Below the pieces are notes generated by a model that made no database searches, had not been told where the DNA came from, and saw only the letters and a list, made by a program, of their open reading frames with translations. From Candidatus Latescibacterota bacterium (GTDB lineage Bacteria > Latescibacterota > UBA2968), in NCBI GenBank assembly GCA_965204375.1, contig OZ241986.1:3648001-3712000 (forward strand): a DNA stretch of 64,000 bases, in the 5' to 3' direction. Positions within the stretch are counted from its first letter, which is position 1; every line of letters begins with the position of its first letter. This document shows positions 17,803 to 26,868 of this stretch, in pieces. Made by a program: the position numbers and the translations under genes.

Positions 17803-19080
17803 CTACTGTATCACTTTCATTGGTTTGTTTTGCAGATGATTTAGTATTTTTTTTACGCTACATTTGGGATCGGTCACATTAAAGGGAAAACAAGACAAAG
17901 ACAATTCATCATCAAATTTGTAGCGCAATATTTCCCGAAACTGCTCAGTCTTCGGATAGACAAGCGCGACCTGCTTGCAGCGATACTTTTTCCCATAAGC
18001 AAACAACTGGTACATATCGGCCTGGCTGATGCCGTGTTTTGGGTCACTGCCTTCTCCGTTAATACGCTTCCACTTGGTATCCAAGATAAATTCTGGCTCC
18101 CTGCCAGACATCAGGCTGATATCCGGTTTCATTGCAAATGCGCGATAGCCCTGGCCATCCGTAACCAAATACTTTCGCGGCCCTTGTTCGCGTACGAAAA
18201 ATTGCCGCTGATATCGGCGAAAACATGCCGCAACGAAATCCTCAAACACTTCCCACATCGGAAACAACAGCGTCTGATTGACATATTTGCCAGCAAACGT
18301 AGTCAGGCCGTGATTAAAAAGAAACAGCCCAACCCACTGCATCACCTCATCGTAATGCTGAATCGAACGATCTACCTGATGCCGATCCCAATCGCTTTTG
18401 GGGTGTTCCGACTGCGGAATATCGGAAAAGCTGATACGCAACTGATGGAGCAACTGCTGATTTCTCGGTTGTCGCACAGAACCCATCAGTTTGTGAATAG
18501 TGCTGTGAATCAGACGATTGGCCGGACGGTTGGCACTGAACTCGTCATAGCCGACGTAAAACCGCGCACGATTAGCTACATTTTCACGAATATGCTGCGG
18601 AAAAAGAATTCGCCCGCGTAGATAAGGCTGGTTGTCTTCCTGCGATTGATAGTGACGGGCGAGACCGCGTTGTGTCAGTAAAACGAGATTGTTCAGAAAC
18701 AGGTGGACAAACACCTCCAGCATATTGAAACGCCTCACAGCGTTGATGTGACTCGCGTTAAACTGCGCCAACGATTTGAACCCGCGCCAATCCCGCAGCA
18801 TAGTAAAAAAAATCCGTTTGGTTTTCTCTGTGTCTTCGCCTTCGGAAAAATCTACCTTCGGCAAAATTTCGAGCACGGTCCCTTTGTGCGTTTCAATAAT
18901 ACCGACATAATTTTGCGCGTATAGCCGACTGTTTTTCCACTCCAAAACAGGTCGGTAGTTGCCCTCCACATCTGTTCCATTTTCAAGAGCAAAATCCTTC
19001 AGGTCCCGCAATTCGTCTTGGCTAAGACCCTTTAGTTCTTCATGTTCCCTGATGGCGAGAGGTTCTTTGATAGCGGGCAT
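17803..19080 (-). CDS. mcrC: McrC family restriction endonuclease subunit
   Basis: QNYVGII...LEILPK; LLFPMWEVFEDFV; MKPDI...ILDTKWK; ADMYQLFAYG...LVYP; directly downstream of mcrB. Confidence 0.9.
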   Translation of the reverse strand: MPAIKEPLAIREHEELKGLSQDELRDLKDFALENGTDVEGNYRPVLEWKNSRLYAQNYVGIIETHKGTVLEILPKVDFSEGEDTEKTKRIFFTMLRDWRGFKSLAQFNASHINAVRRFNMLEVFVHLFLNNLVLLTQRGLARHYQSQEDNQPYLRGRILFPQHIRENVANRARFYVGYDEFSANRPANRLIHSTIHKLMGSVRQPRNQQLLHQLRISFSDIPQSEHPKSDWDRHQVDRSIQHYDEVMQWVGLFLFNHGLTTFAGKYVNQTLLFPMWEVFEDFVAACFRRYQRQFFVREQGPRKYLVTDGQGYRAFAMKPDISLMSGREPEFILDTKWKRINGEGSDPKHGISQADMYQLFAYGKKYRCKQVALVYPKTEQFREILRYKFDDELSLSCFPFNVTDPKCSVKKILNHLQNKPMKVIQ

Positions 19081-19091
19081 AATCAGGCGTC

Positions 19092-21398
19092 CTATTCGGT
19101 CTCACCTTGTTCTTTGTAGATCGCTTGGTAACTTTCCGGTTTTTTCCATTCCCCTCTATCAAAGGACAGTAACTCATAGACTTCACGGTTGTCATCTACC
19201 GGGGATCCACGCAAATCTTCTGGAATATCGATTTCTTCAATAAAACCATTTTTGTTTAATACCAGATCAATCTTCTCCCAGTTATCGTAAAAGTATTCCT
19301 GCAACAACGGAATGATTTTGGTTTTGAAGGCTGCCTCGAGAGAATTCTTGCCCGTAACCCTCTTAACATCCATAAAATACGTGTGCCCAATCTGATGTTC
19401 GCGGTCAAGCAGGAAACGGATGCGTTTATTCATTGTTGCAAGTAATTCTTGGCAGTTCACTCCCTCAATATCCGTACTGATTTTGTGATGCTTTGCATCC
19501 GGCATCATCTCAATAAACTCAAATCGCCGCCGCAGGGCGGTATCCAACAGGGCAATGGAGCGATCAGCCGTATTCATCGTGCCGATGATGTAGAGGTTGT
19601 CCGGTATGCCGAAAGAGTCTTGTGAATAAGGCAGGGTAACGGTTGCTGCATCATTCCCTCCAATCCGCTTAGATGACTCAATTAGCGTGATTAACTCGCC
19701 GAAAATCTTGGCGATATTACCGCGATTGATTTCGTCAATAATCAGGACATAATTCTGCTTCTCTACTGGTATCGATTCTTCCTGCTGCCATTCCTCGTCG
19801 TGAAATTGTTTTATCATTTGGTACAATTGAAAGAGGTATCTGGCTCTTTCATGCTCAGTTTGTTTTGATCTTCTGGTAGGTCTAATGTCTGTTCTCGATT
19901 TAATCTTGCCCTCACAAAAAGCCTCGTAATCTCGCTTGATCACTTTCTCAGCAAGTCTCCCGTACCTATCAAGTTTAAAAGATTGGAATTTATCATCTTT
20001 TGACCAATTTATTTGTTTGATAATGGCACCGCTTCTGTGATCGGGAGGAAAGAGATTGATTTCCTCTCCTGATTCCAGCCTCTCTTCTATTGACTTGGCG
20101 AATGCCTCAAGCAATGCATCCATATCCCATGACTTGTTGTCTGTCTGCTCAGATTGCGTCCTGGTTTCATCGGCTCGATCTGCAATTTCCCTGAAAACAC
20201 CCTCGTGTAGTTTATATTCAATATTCTTGCTCCCTTCATCTTCTTCGCTCCCTTTACCCGCCAAGACAGGCCTGATCCCTTCAATGAAATCCTCATAAGT
20301 AAAGTTCTGATGAAATGTCACCATTGCAATCTGACCGTCCTCCTTTAATTTATCAAATCGCTCCTTTATCTTTTTACGGATTTCTCTTTCAATATCACTT
20401 TGGTCATTCTCAAATTGCTCTTTTATCTCTTTACGAATTTCTTTTTCAAGATCCACTACAGACTTATCCTCGATAATCGCCACAGCGTGATTGACAGTGT
20501 TATAAGTTTTACCCGTACCTGGCGGACCATAAAGAATTTGGTTCAAAGTATCTGCTTTGGGTTGCGGATTGTTCTGATCAGGTTTAGACTCATTTTCGGA
20601 CTTAGAATCTTGCCAAAGCTCCCGAAGAGGAGAGGCGTAAAAGTCCAAATCCCTGATGTCATGTTCTTTTTCTTGTTCACGCCGTATATTGAGAAGTTCC
20701 TGGTCTATTTCCAATGCTGATAGTTTATTGACCTCTGCATTGGTTTTCCCCGTAAATTCTCGGACTATATCCCTTCGCTTTGTTCTAGCAAATATGTGTT
20801 CAAAGTCGTCTGGAAAAAGTAAAAACATGATCATATTGCGGAATTGGCGCCGATCACATTCTGGAATCTGTTCAAGCCACTTGCCAAACTTCCAGCCTTC
20901 GGAGAGAAGCTCGCGGCGTTCTGAGTCAGCGAGACTCTTAAAGGCAATCATCATGTGGATAAAGAACCTCAAATCGTACCATCTGTGCGTGTTACCCTGC
21001 CCAGTGTCGCCTGCCCCAATAAGAACATCTTCTGCTACCCAATCAGAGTCTTCAGGAAAGGGTTCACCTGACCACTCCCAAACAAGCCTAATATTCCCAA
21101 GCTTTTTCGACTTAGTAATATTGTCTGGACATAAGTGCATAAACCACAACATCTCTGCAGCCAGTTGTTTGACCTCAGATTTCGCTGGATCAAGTTGCCT
21201 TTTTAGTTTATCAAAGAAGTCACCATCACCCTCGTCAGGCTGATCAATAAAGTGCTGCTTTAAGTCTTGAAGATACGACAATGTCCACACTGGTTTCTGT
21301 GCAAATACTGCCCCATCTGACAGCAAGTTAACCTCTTTCCAAAGTTGACCGACATCCAGCATCCGTTCGAGACTCCTATGAGCATGATAACGACTCAT
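19092..21398 (-). CDS. mcrB: McrB family AAA+ GTPase
   Basis: ILYGPPGTGKTY, VTFHQNFTYEDFIEG, IIDEINRGN, GTMNTADRSIALLDTALRRRF, QIGHTYF, IIPLLQEYFY. Confidence 0.92.
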   Translation of the reverse strand: MSRYHAHRSLERMLDVGQLWKEVNLLSDGAVFAQKPVWTLSYLQDLKQHFIDQPDEGDGDFFDKLKRQLDPAKSEVKQLAAEMLWFMHLCPDNITKSKKLGNIRLVWEWSGEPFPEDSDWVAEDVLIGAGDTGQGNTHRWYDLRFFIHMMIAFKSLADSERRELLSEGWKFGKWLEQIPECDRRQFRNMIMFLLFPDDFEHIFARTKRRDIVREFTGKTNAEVNKLSALEIDQELLNIRREQEKEHDIRDLDFYASPLRELWQDSKSENESKPDQNNPQPKADTLNQILYGPPGTGKTYNTVNHAVAIIEDKSVVDLEKEIRKEIKEQFENDQSDIEREIRKKIKERFDKLKEDGQIAMVTFHQNFTYEDFIEGIRPVLAGKGSEEDEGSKNIEYKLHEGVFREIADRADETRTQSEQTDNKSWDMDALLEAFAKSIEERLESGEEINLFPPDHRSGAIIKQINWSKDDKFQSFKLDRYGRLAEKVIKRDYEAFCEGKIKSRTDIRPTRRSKQTEHERARYLFQLYQMIKQFHDEEWQQEESIPVEKQNYVLIIDEINRGNIAKIFGELITLIESSKRIGGNDAATVTLPYSQDSFGIPDNLYIIGTMNTADRSIALLDTALRRRFEFIEMMPDAKHHKISTDIEGVNCQELLATMNKRIRFLLDREHQIGHTYFMDVKRVTGKNSLEAAFKTKIIPLLQEYFYDNWEKIDLVLNKNGFIEEIDIPEDLRGSPVDDNREVYELLSFDRGEWKKPESYQAIYKEQGETE

Positions 21399-21440
21399 TT
21401 AATACCTCATTGTGATATAGTGATCAGAAGAAGCGGTAAA

Positions 21441-21578
21441 CTGGATCGCGGCTAAAATCATGCCGCGATGACAGACGGGACGGCACGGGAGCCTGTCCCA
21501 TAGTGCCTTTATACGGGAACCGTCCCTTACAAGACTATAGCCTGCCCCTGCGTGGTTTAAGCAGGGGCCGCGATGACA
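21441..21578. repeat. Cluster of REP-like intergenic palindromes
   Basis: ctggatcgcggc...gccgcgatgac; gggacggcacgggagcctgtccc; gcccctgc...gcaggggccgcgatgac (shared 3' GCCGCGATGAC). Confidence 0.5.
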
Positions 21579-21583
21579 CCTCT

Positions 21584-22606
21584 CTATTCACCGACCTTCG
21601 CGCCCGCTTCTGTAAGAACGCGAACAACCTCGCGGAGCTTATCCTTGTTCTTAATCGTCGAGCGCAACGCATTCATAAGCGGTGTTTGCCCCTTATCATC
21701 TCGCAAATCGACTTCTGCGCCGTGTTCGAGTAATAGAGAAACAATATCCACAAACCCCGCTCTTGCTGCACAGTGCAACGCAGTCTGGCCCTTGTAATTG
21801 CGCGCATTCACATCTGCACCGCGCGAGATCAAATCCCGGACGCGATCAACATTGCCGCCGCGATCCCCGCGGGCCTGAAAAACAATCGGCGGCCAGCCAT
21901 CCTCTGCGCGATTTGGATCGCAATCCACCCCGTGGCTTGAAAGCAAGGCAATAATATCGGGATTGGTAAGACCAGAACGCGGCAGTTCAGCCGTCACCGG
22001 ATCGAGACCCGCGTTGAGCAACACCTTCAAAATATCTGCCCGATCGCGCCAGATACAGAACCGCACCAGCCAATCGCCACAGAGCCGCGGATCTGCACCC
22101 CACTCAAGCAACAAACAAACAATATCCAGATAACCAGCACCAACCGCGTAGTGCAACACCGTAGCGCGAATATCCGTATCGTGCTGCACCCGCTCCACAG
22201 TGGCGAGACCCGGATCGCGGCGCAGGCACTCGGCAACTGCATCCCCATCGCCCAGATACGCAAACGTATAGATATCGGTACTCGCCCCTCTCGCCCATAA
22301 CACATCGGCAACCGCGTCGTGCTTCTTAAACCGCGCCGCGCAATAAGGCGAAATATCCACCAGCAACGGCGTAAAATGACAGCCCCATGCATGGATGTCT
22401 GCACCCTGGTCGAGCAACCATTCAACCATCGCCAACCGCCCCCGGTACGCCGCTTCCCAGAGCATCGTCCGCCCGTGCGACCCAACGCGCAACAACCAGT
22501 CTGGCCTCTCCGCCAGCACCAACTGCACAGTCTCCAAATCGCCGCGACCAGCAGCCGCAACCCCGATCTTCAAAAAATCACTAACCTTACCCGTAAGCAA
22601 CGACAT
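21584..22606 (-). CDS. Ankyrin repeat protein
   Basis: GRTMLWEAAYRG, ATVLHYAVGAG, GQTALHCAARAGFVDIVSLLLEHGAEVD, GQTPLMNA. Confidence 0.9.
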   Translation of the reverse strand: MSLLTGKVSDFLKIGVAAAGRGDLETVQLVLAERPDWLLRVGSHGRTMLWEAAYRGRLAMVEWLLDQGADIHAWGCHFTPLLVDISPYCAARFKKHDAVADVLWARGASTDIYTFAYLGDGDAVAECLRRDPGLATVERVQHDTDIRATVLHYAVGAGYLDIVCLLLEWGADPRLCGDWLVRFCIWRDRADILKVLLNAGLDPVTAELPRSGLTNPDIIALLSSHGVDCDPNRAEDGWPPIVFQARGDRGGNVDRVRDLISRGADVNARNYKGQTALHCAARAGFVDIVSLLLEHGAEVDLRDDKGQTPLMNALRSTIKNKDKLREVVRVLTEAGAKVGE

Positions 22607-24094
22607 CTAAAGCTCCAAAACCGTATCCACATGCGCGCGGTAAATCCACGCCGTATCGTGTGCATCGAGAAAATTTGCGTCAAAACCGCCAAAGTAGAGA
22701 AATTGACCCGCATCCTCTGAAAAAGGCGACAACGCAATCGCGCGGATCGCCACCAGAAACGGATCACCGGGTTTCCATCGTCCATTCACCTCCTTGACCC
22801 GATAGCTCAAATCGGGATATCGGATCAAATAAGCCGCGCCCGGATACCACTCCCCAAAAGTCTGTCCGCCATTCACCTTTGACTGAACGCCCATCATATA
22901 GACGGTCTGTCCCGTCGCAGGATCGGTAACAGGCACCATATCGCTGTACGCCGCAATAATACTTCTGCCTCTAATAGAACGCCGCCATGCCTTATTGAGC
23001 AACGCATCGATCCTCAGCTCAACAGTCGCTGCATAATCCGCCTCTGGATCCATGCGAATAATGCGATTTGTGTGAGAAAACAAAAGAGACGCACCTCCCC
23101 CTGCTGGAGAGGGAATCGCCGTCAAACCGCGGATACCAGCCTGTTCAAAACTATACGGCGTATCATCCGTGTACACCTCTTCCCAAACAGGCGCCTGCCC
23201 ATCCACGCGGCGATAAACCGACGTCCCAATCGAAGCGTACAAAACGCCATTTGCCTCTGCAAAAGACATAGGACGTGCCTCAATCGGCCCAAACTCGGAC
23301 GCCTCATCCCATCGAATCTTCCCCAACTGAGCCGGATCATAAACCCCTGAATAAATCCCCAACTGCCCCGCAGAAACAAAAATGCGATCCACCCCCGTCA
23401 CGCCATCGCGATGAACAAAAAATGCGCGCACCATGCGCCGATATCCCCTGCCGGACTGAAGCGTAGTCCTCACCCACGAACCACTATCATCGTCTCGCGT
23501 AAAAATATTCGACTCACCCATCCCGCGAACGCCCCTGCGCCGGTCAGAACCAGCCAGCAAAAGATGTACTTTCTCGGACAGGGAATTGCCCGAATCATCC
23601 GTCTCAAAAACCACCGACTTCAGCGCAGTAACCCGAAGATGTGACGCCCCCAAACTGTGGTCTATACGCCACGCATCACCCGGTGAATCAATCGCCAGAA
23701 CCTGCGCCCAGGGTATCGCGGTATAAGGATGATCCATCCAATAGCCATTTCCGGCATAAAGCCGACCCTTATGCGCCTCGATATGCACAATCTCCGTACC
23801 CCTCGCAAGCGGATCTGCGGAACCAATGCGACCTGCCAGAAAATTACACATCCAGGATTGCGTATCGCTATTCATCACTCGCCTCTCATTCCTATTCGTC
23901 TGCTGTGCAAGCGCGCCCTGAGGCACAATTCCATCCAACAAAGCCATACCCGCCGCAAAATGCGTTGCACTAACCAAAAATCTGCGGCGATCCATGTAAC
24001 CGCGAAGATACGCATCGCCAGATTCTATGTAATGTCTTATTGGCATGCGTGTTATTTTTTCAATCGAGACGCAAGCGATAGTGTCTGGGGCCAA
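22607..24094 (-). CDS. Tat-exported hypothetical beta-propeller-like protein (start uncertain)
   Basis: Twin-arginine signal MDRRRFLVSATHFAAG...ALA; HKGRLYAGNGYW and repeated beta-rich blades. Confidence 0.55.
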   Translation of the reverse strand: MAPDTIACVSIEKITRMPIRHYIESGDAYLRGYMDRRRFLVSATHFAAGMALLDGIVPQGALAQQTNRNERRVMNSDTQSWMCNFLAGRIGSADPLARGTEIVHIEAHKGRLYAGNGYWMDHPYTAIPWAQVLAIDSPGDAWRIDHSLGASHLRVTALKSVVFETDDSGNSLSEKVHLLLAGSDRRRGVRGMGESNIFTRDDDSGSWVRTTLQSGRGYRRMVRAFFVHRDGVTGVDRIFVSAGQLGIYSGVYDPAQLGKIRWDEASEFGPIEARPMSFAEANGVLYASIGTSVYRRVDGQAPVWEEVYTDDTPYSFEQAGIRGLTAIPSPAGGGASLLFSHTNRIIRMDPEADYAATVELRIDALLNKAWRRSIRGRSIIAAYSDMVPVTDPATGQTVYMMGVQSKVNGGQTFGEWYPGAAYLIRYPDLSYRVKEVNGRWKPGDPFLVAIRAIALSPFSEDAGQFLYFGGFDANFLDAHDTAWIYRAHVDTVLEL

Positions 24095-24290
24095 TTTTTT
24101 CTAATCGACCGTCTTCCAACCACTGCGCCCGACGTTTCAACGCCAACTGAATCAAACCCCGACGTGCCTCCGCATCGCGAGGACGACGACGGGGCAGGCG
24201 CTGGCGTCGCTGCGTGCGTTGCTCGAGTTGATAGCGTCGCGCACGCGGTCGTATCTCTCGAACGTGTTGATCAAAATTTACAGTTCTCAA
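24060..24290 (-). CDS. Small basic hypothetical protein coupled to the upstream nucleotidyltransferase
   Basis: 4-nt overlap with 24287..24862; GAGGAGG upstream; Arg-rich. Confidence 0.45.
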   Translation of the reverse strand: MRTVNFDQHVREIRPRARRYQLEQRTQRRQRLPRRRPRDAEARRGLIQLALKRRAQWLEDGRLEKIGPRHYRLRLD

Positions 24291-24862
24291 CCTCTGTCCT
24301 CCTCTGCCTGGCTTCTAAATGCAATCAATGCCTCTATCACGCCTTCAGCTTGCGCGCGGGTTTTGAGATATGTCCAATCAATATCTTGATAGTATAATGC
24401 CATGAGTTCCTGCGCCCAATTTCCATCATCGGTTGAATCCCAGTGGACATAAGCATCCAGCCGATCAATGATGAGATCTTCCACCCCGATAATATAAACA
24501 GTCAAATCCTCAATCTCGACCTGTGTCACCCTATCTTCAGATCCCGCCAGGACATCATCGGGAATCTCAATCGCAATATCCAGCCCCACATGATGCCAAT
24601 GTCTGCCCGTCTGATCAAACCCCCAGCTTTCCAACAAATTGCCAATTTCAGCTCGCCTTGAACTCACGAGATCGACATCCACAGTGGCATAAGCACCAAG
24701 CGTATAGAACTCCAGGGCATTGCCACCAACAATGACATAAGGCAACTTTTTTGCTTGCGGCAGTGCTGCGGCCACAAGCGCGCAAACATAGAGCCGACGG
24801 CGCAATGGATCGGCAATTGTCTTCGCATAATCGAGTTTTGCACACCATTTTGTTTCTGACAT
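24287..24862 (-). CDS. Nucleotidyltransferase (DUF6036-like)
   Basis: VIVGGNALEFYTLGAYATVDVDLV (GG...TxDxD); IIGVEDLIIDRL. Confidence 0.75.
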   Translation of the reverse strand: MSETKWCAKLDYAKTIADPLRRRLYVCALVAAALPQAKKLPYVIVGGNALEFYTLGAYATVDVDLVSSRRAEIGNLLESWGFDQTGRHWHHVGLDIAIEIPDDVLAGSEDRVTQVEIEDLTVYIIGVEDLIIDRLDAYVHWDSTDDGNWAQELMALYYQDIDWTYLKTRAQAEGVIEALIAFRSQAEEDRG

Positions 24863-24883
24863 GTTGTTCTTTCGTCTCTGCGG

Positions 24884-25474
24884 TCACTTCACCGGTATGG
24901 GATTAATAGAAAGGGACAGCGCACGGTCACGCTCACTGTGATAAACAGCCTGAGATAAAAAACCGCGTGCGTACAAATCGGACAAAAGCGCATCGCGTCG
25001 TTTCAGAGCCTCAATCGGATCATTCATCGGAACATCCGCACCCTGCGCGAGATCGCACAGCAGCAAAACCTCGCCAGCCGTGAGCTTTGAATGGTGAATA
25101 TCAAAATGATATAGAGAAGCCCGCTCAATACCGCGCACGGGACCAAACTGCGCGTAATGCAAAAATGCGGCAACGCGCTTCTCCTGTGATGTGTACGCGA
25201 GAAAAAGTGCAAAAACCAAACGGCGAATCGGCTGGTCGGACACGAGGGCTTCGGAAAGGATCCACTCCATATCTGATGCATCCGACCGCGAGTGATAAGC
25301 CGCAATTAAATCGGGTATATCGGCGGCATAATGCGAAGTTGGCGGCACATTGAGAGAGCGGTGAAAATCATCCCGGTAATCCAGAAAAACTACAAAAACG
25401 CAAATCACCAGAGCGATTGCAGCAATTAGGAAAAAAATATATCGCGCCTTGAAAGTCACACATCCTCCACTCAC
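24884..25474 (-). CDS. Membrane-anchored degenerate transglycosylase (GT51)-like protein
   Basis: N-terminal TM; FGPVRGIERASLYHF...LTAGEVLLL...ALKRRDALL...GFLS matches the C-terminal half of GT51. Confidence 0.55.
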   Translation of the reverse strand: MSGGCVTFKARYIFFLIAAIALVICVFVVFLDYRDDFHRSLNVPPTSHYAADIPDLIAAYHSRSDASDMEWILSEALVSDQPIRRLVFALFLAYTSQEKRVAAFLHYAQFGPVRGIERASLYHFDIHHSKLTAGEVLLLCDLAQGADVPMNDPIEALKRRDALLSDLYARGFLSQAVYHSERDRALSLSINPIPVK

Positions 25475-26184
25475 AGGGTATATTCAGTCTGTGTAATATT
25501 CATACCCGAAATCTCGTACACGCGAAAGGGATGGGGTGGCTCTCGAAACGCACGCGCCGTCGCAAAACAAACATGACCTTCCGCCATGAGATCCTCTCCC
25601 TCGTGATAATGCCCACTAAGCACGATCTTGTGGCGCGAATCTGCGAGCAGTGCAGCTTTCAACTCTGCCGCATCGCCATAATTAAATGGATATCCTCCGC
25701 TATGCTCGGGAAATATCATATAGTGTTGCAAATGAATCTGAGGACGCGGATCGCCATCTGACACCACAGATTGAAACCGCGCGCGTTCCGCCCCAACGCG
25801 CTGCGGGACATTGTGATCCCCTTCCTCATCGAAAAAAGTAATCACGCGAAAACCCTGCACATCAAAATCAAAAGGTTGATCACAAAAAACGCGGCGAAAA
25901 GACACGGGATGATCGTGATTGCCAGGCACATACGCAACAGGACAGGAAAGACTATCGAAACATTCGCGCACGAGATGGAGATCTTTTTCCCCCAGTGCAA
26001 TCGTATCGGGATCGTCTAATACATCGAGCGGATAATCGACCAGATCACCCGTCACAGCGACCAAATCGGGAGAATGCGCGGCAATATGACGCGCACCTTC
26101 GGATATAAGATCAGGCCCGCACTTAATATTATCGCCTTCGATATGGTGGCGAAGATGGAAGTCGGAAATATGTGCAATTTTCAT
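25471..26184 (-). CDS. Metallophosphoesterase (calcineurin-like)
   Basis: HISDFH, TGDLVD, PGNHD, LSGHYH. Confidence 0.9.
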   Translation of the reverse strand: MKIAHISDFHLRHHIEGDNIKCGPDLISEGARHIAAHSPDLVAVTGDLVDYPLDVLDDPDTIALGEKDLHLVRECFDSLSCPVAYVPGNHDHPVSFRRVFCDQPFDFDVQGFRVITFFDEEGDHNVPQRVGAERARFQSVVSDGDPRPQIHLQHYMIFPEHSGGYPFNYGDAAELKAALLADSRHKIVLSGHYHEGEDLMAEGHVCFATARAFREPPHPFRVYEISGMNITQTEYTL

Positions 26185-26363
26185 TGAGTAATCCTCCGTT
26201 ATCAGTTACCAATTCCAAGATACACAGAACGGGGAATGCGGTAAAGGCTTGTTTCAGCTTTTACTTCACACTTCTCACTTCTCACTTTCCCACTGGATTT
26301 GCCCGTCATGTTTGCCTATATTCCCAGCGTTTCCAAAACCCCAAACTTTTTCAGGAGGTCATA

Positions 26364-26801
26364 ATGCTCGATGTTGGCGATATCGCGCCTGATTTTCTGG
26401 TCAAAGACCACACAGGCAGTGAAGTAAAACTCAGTGATTATCGCGGAAAAACCGTCGTACTCTGGTTTTATCCCAGAGCAAGCACCGGCGGCTGAACGGC
26501 TGAAGGTATGGGATTCCAGGAGCGAATCCAGGACTATACAGATAGAAATGTGCAAATTCTGGGCGTCAGCACAGACAGTGTAGAAGCCAATGCCAAATTT
26601 GCAAAAACACAGGAATTTGAATATCCCTTATTGTGCGACACAGAACGCGAAATCTGTCTATCTTACGGGGCTTGTCAATCGGCATCGGACCGCGCTGCCA
26701 AACGCATGACATACCTCATTGCACCCGATGGGACAATCGCACAAATTCATACCAATGTGGATGCGCGAAAACATCCCGAGGCATTGTTGCCCACAATATA
26801 G
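26364..26801 (+). CDS. bcp: Selenocysteine-containing peroxiredoxin (BCP/PrxQ family)
   Basis: RBS AGGAGG; WFYPRASTGG-TGA(26493-26495)-TAEG occupies the peroxidatic Cys position (PxxxTxGCT). The two ORF-track halves are in the same frame; a hairpin follows the TGA. Confidence 0.85.
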
Positions 26802-26868
26802 GGATGCATCGACTGGCGGCAGACGGATTGTATCGTCTGCCGTTTTACTTGATGTACACAAATTGTGT

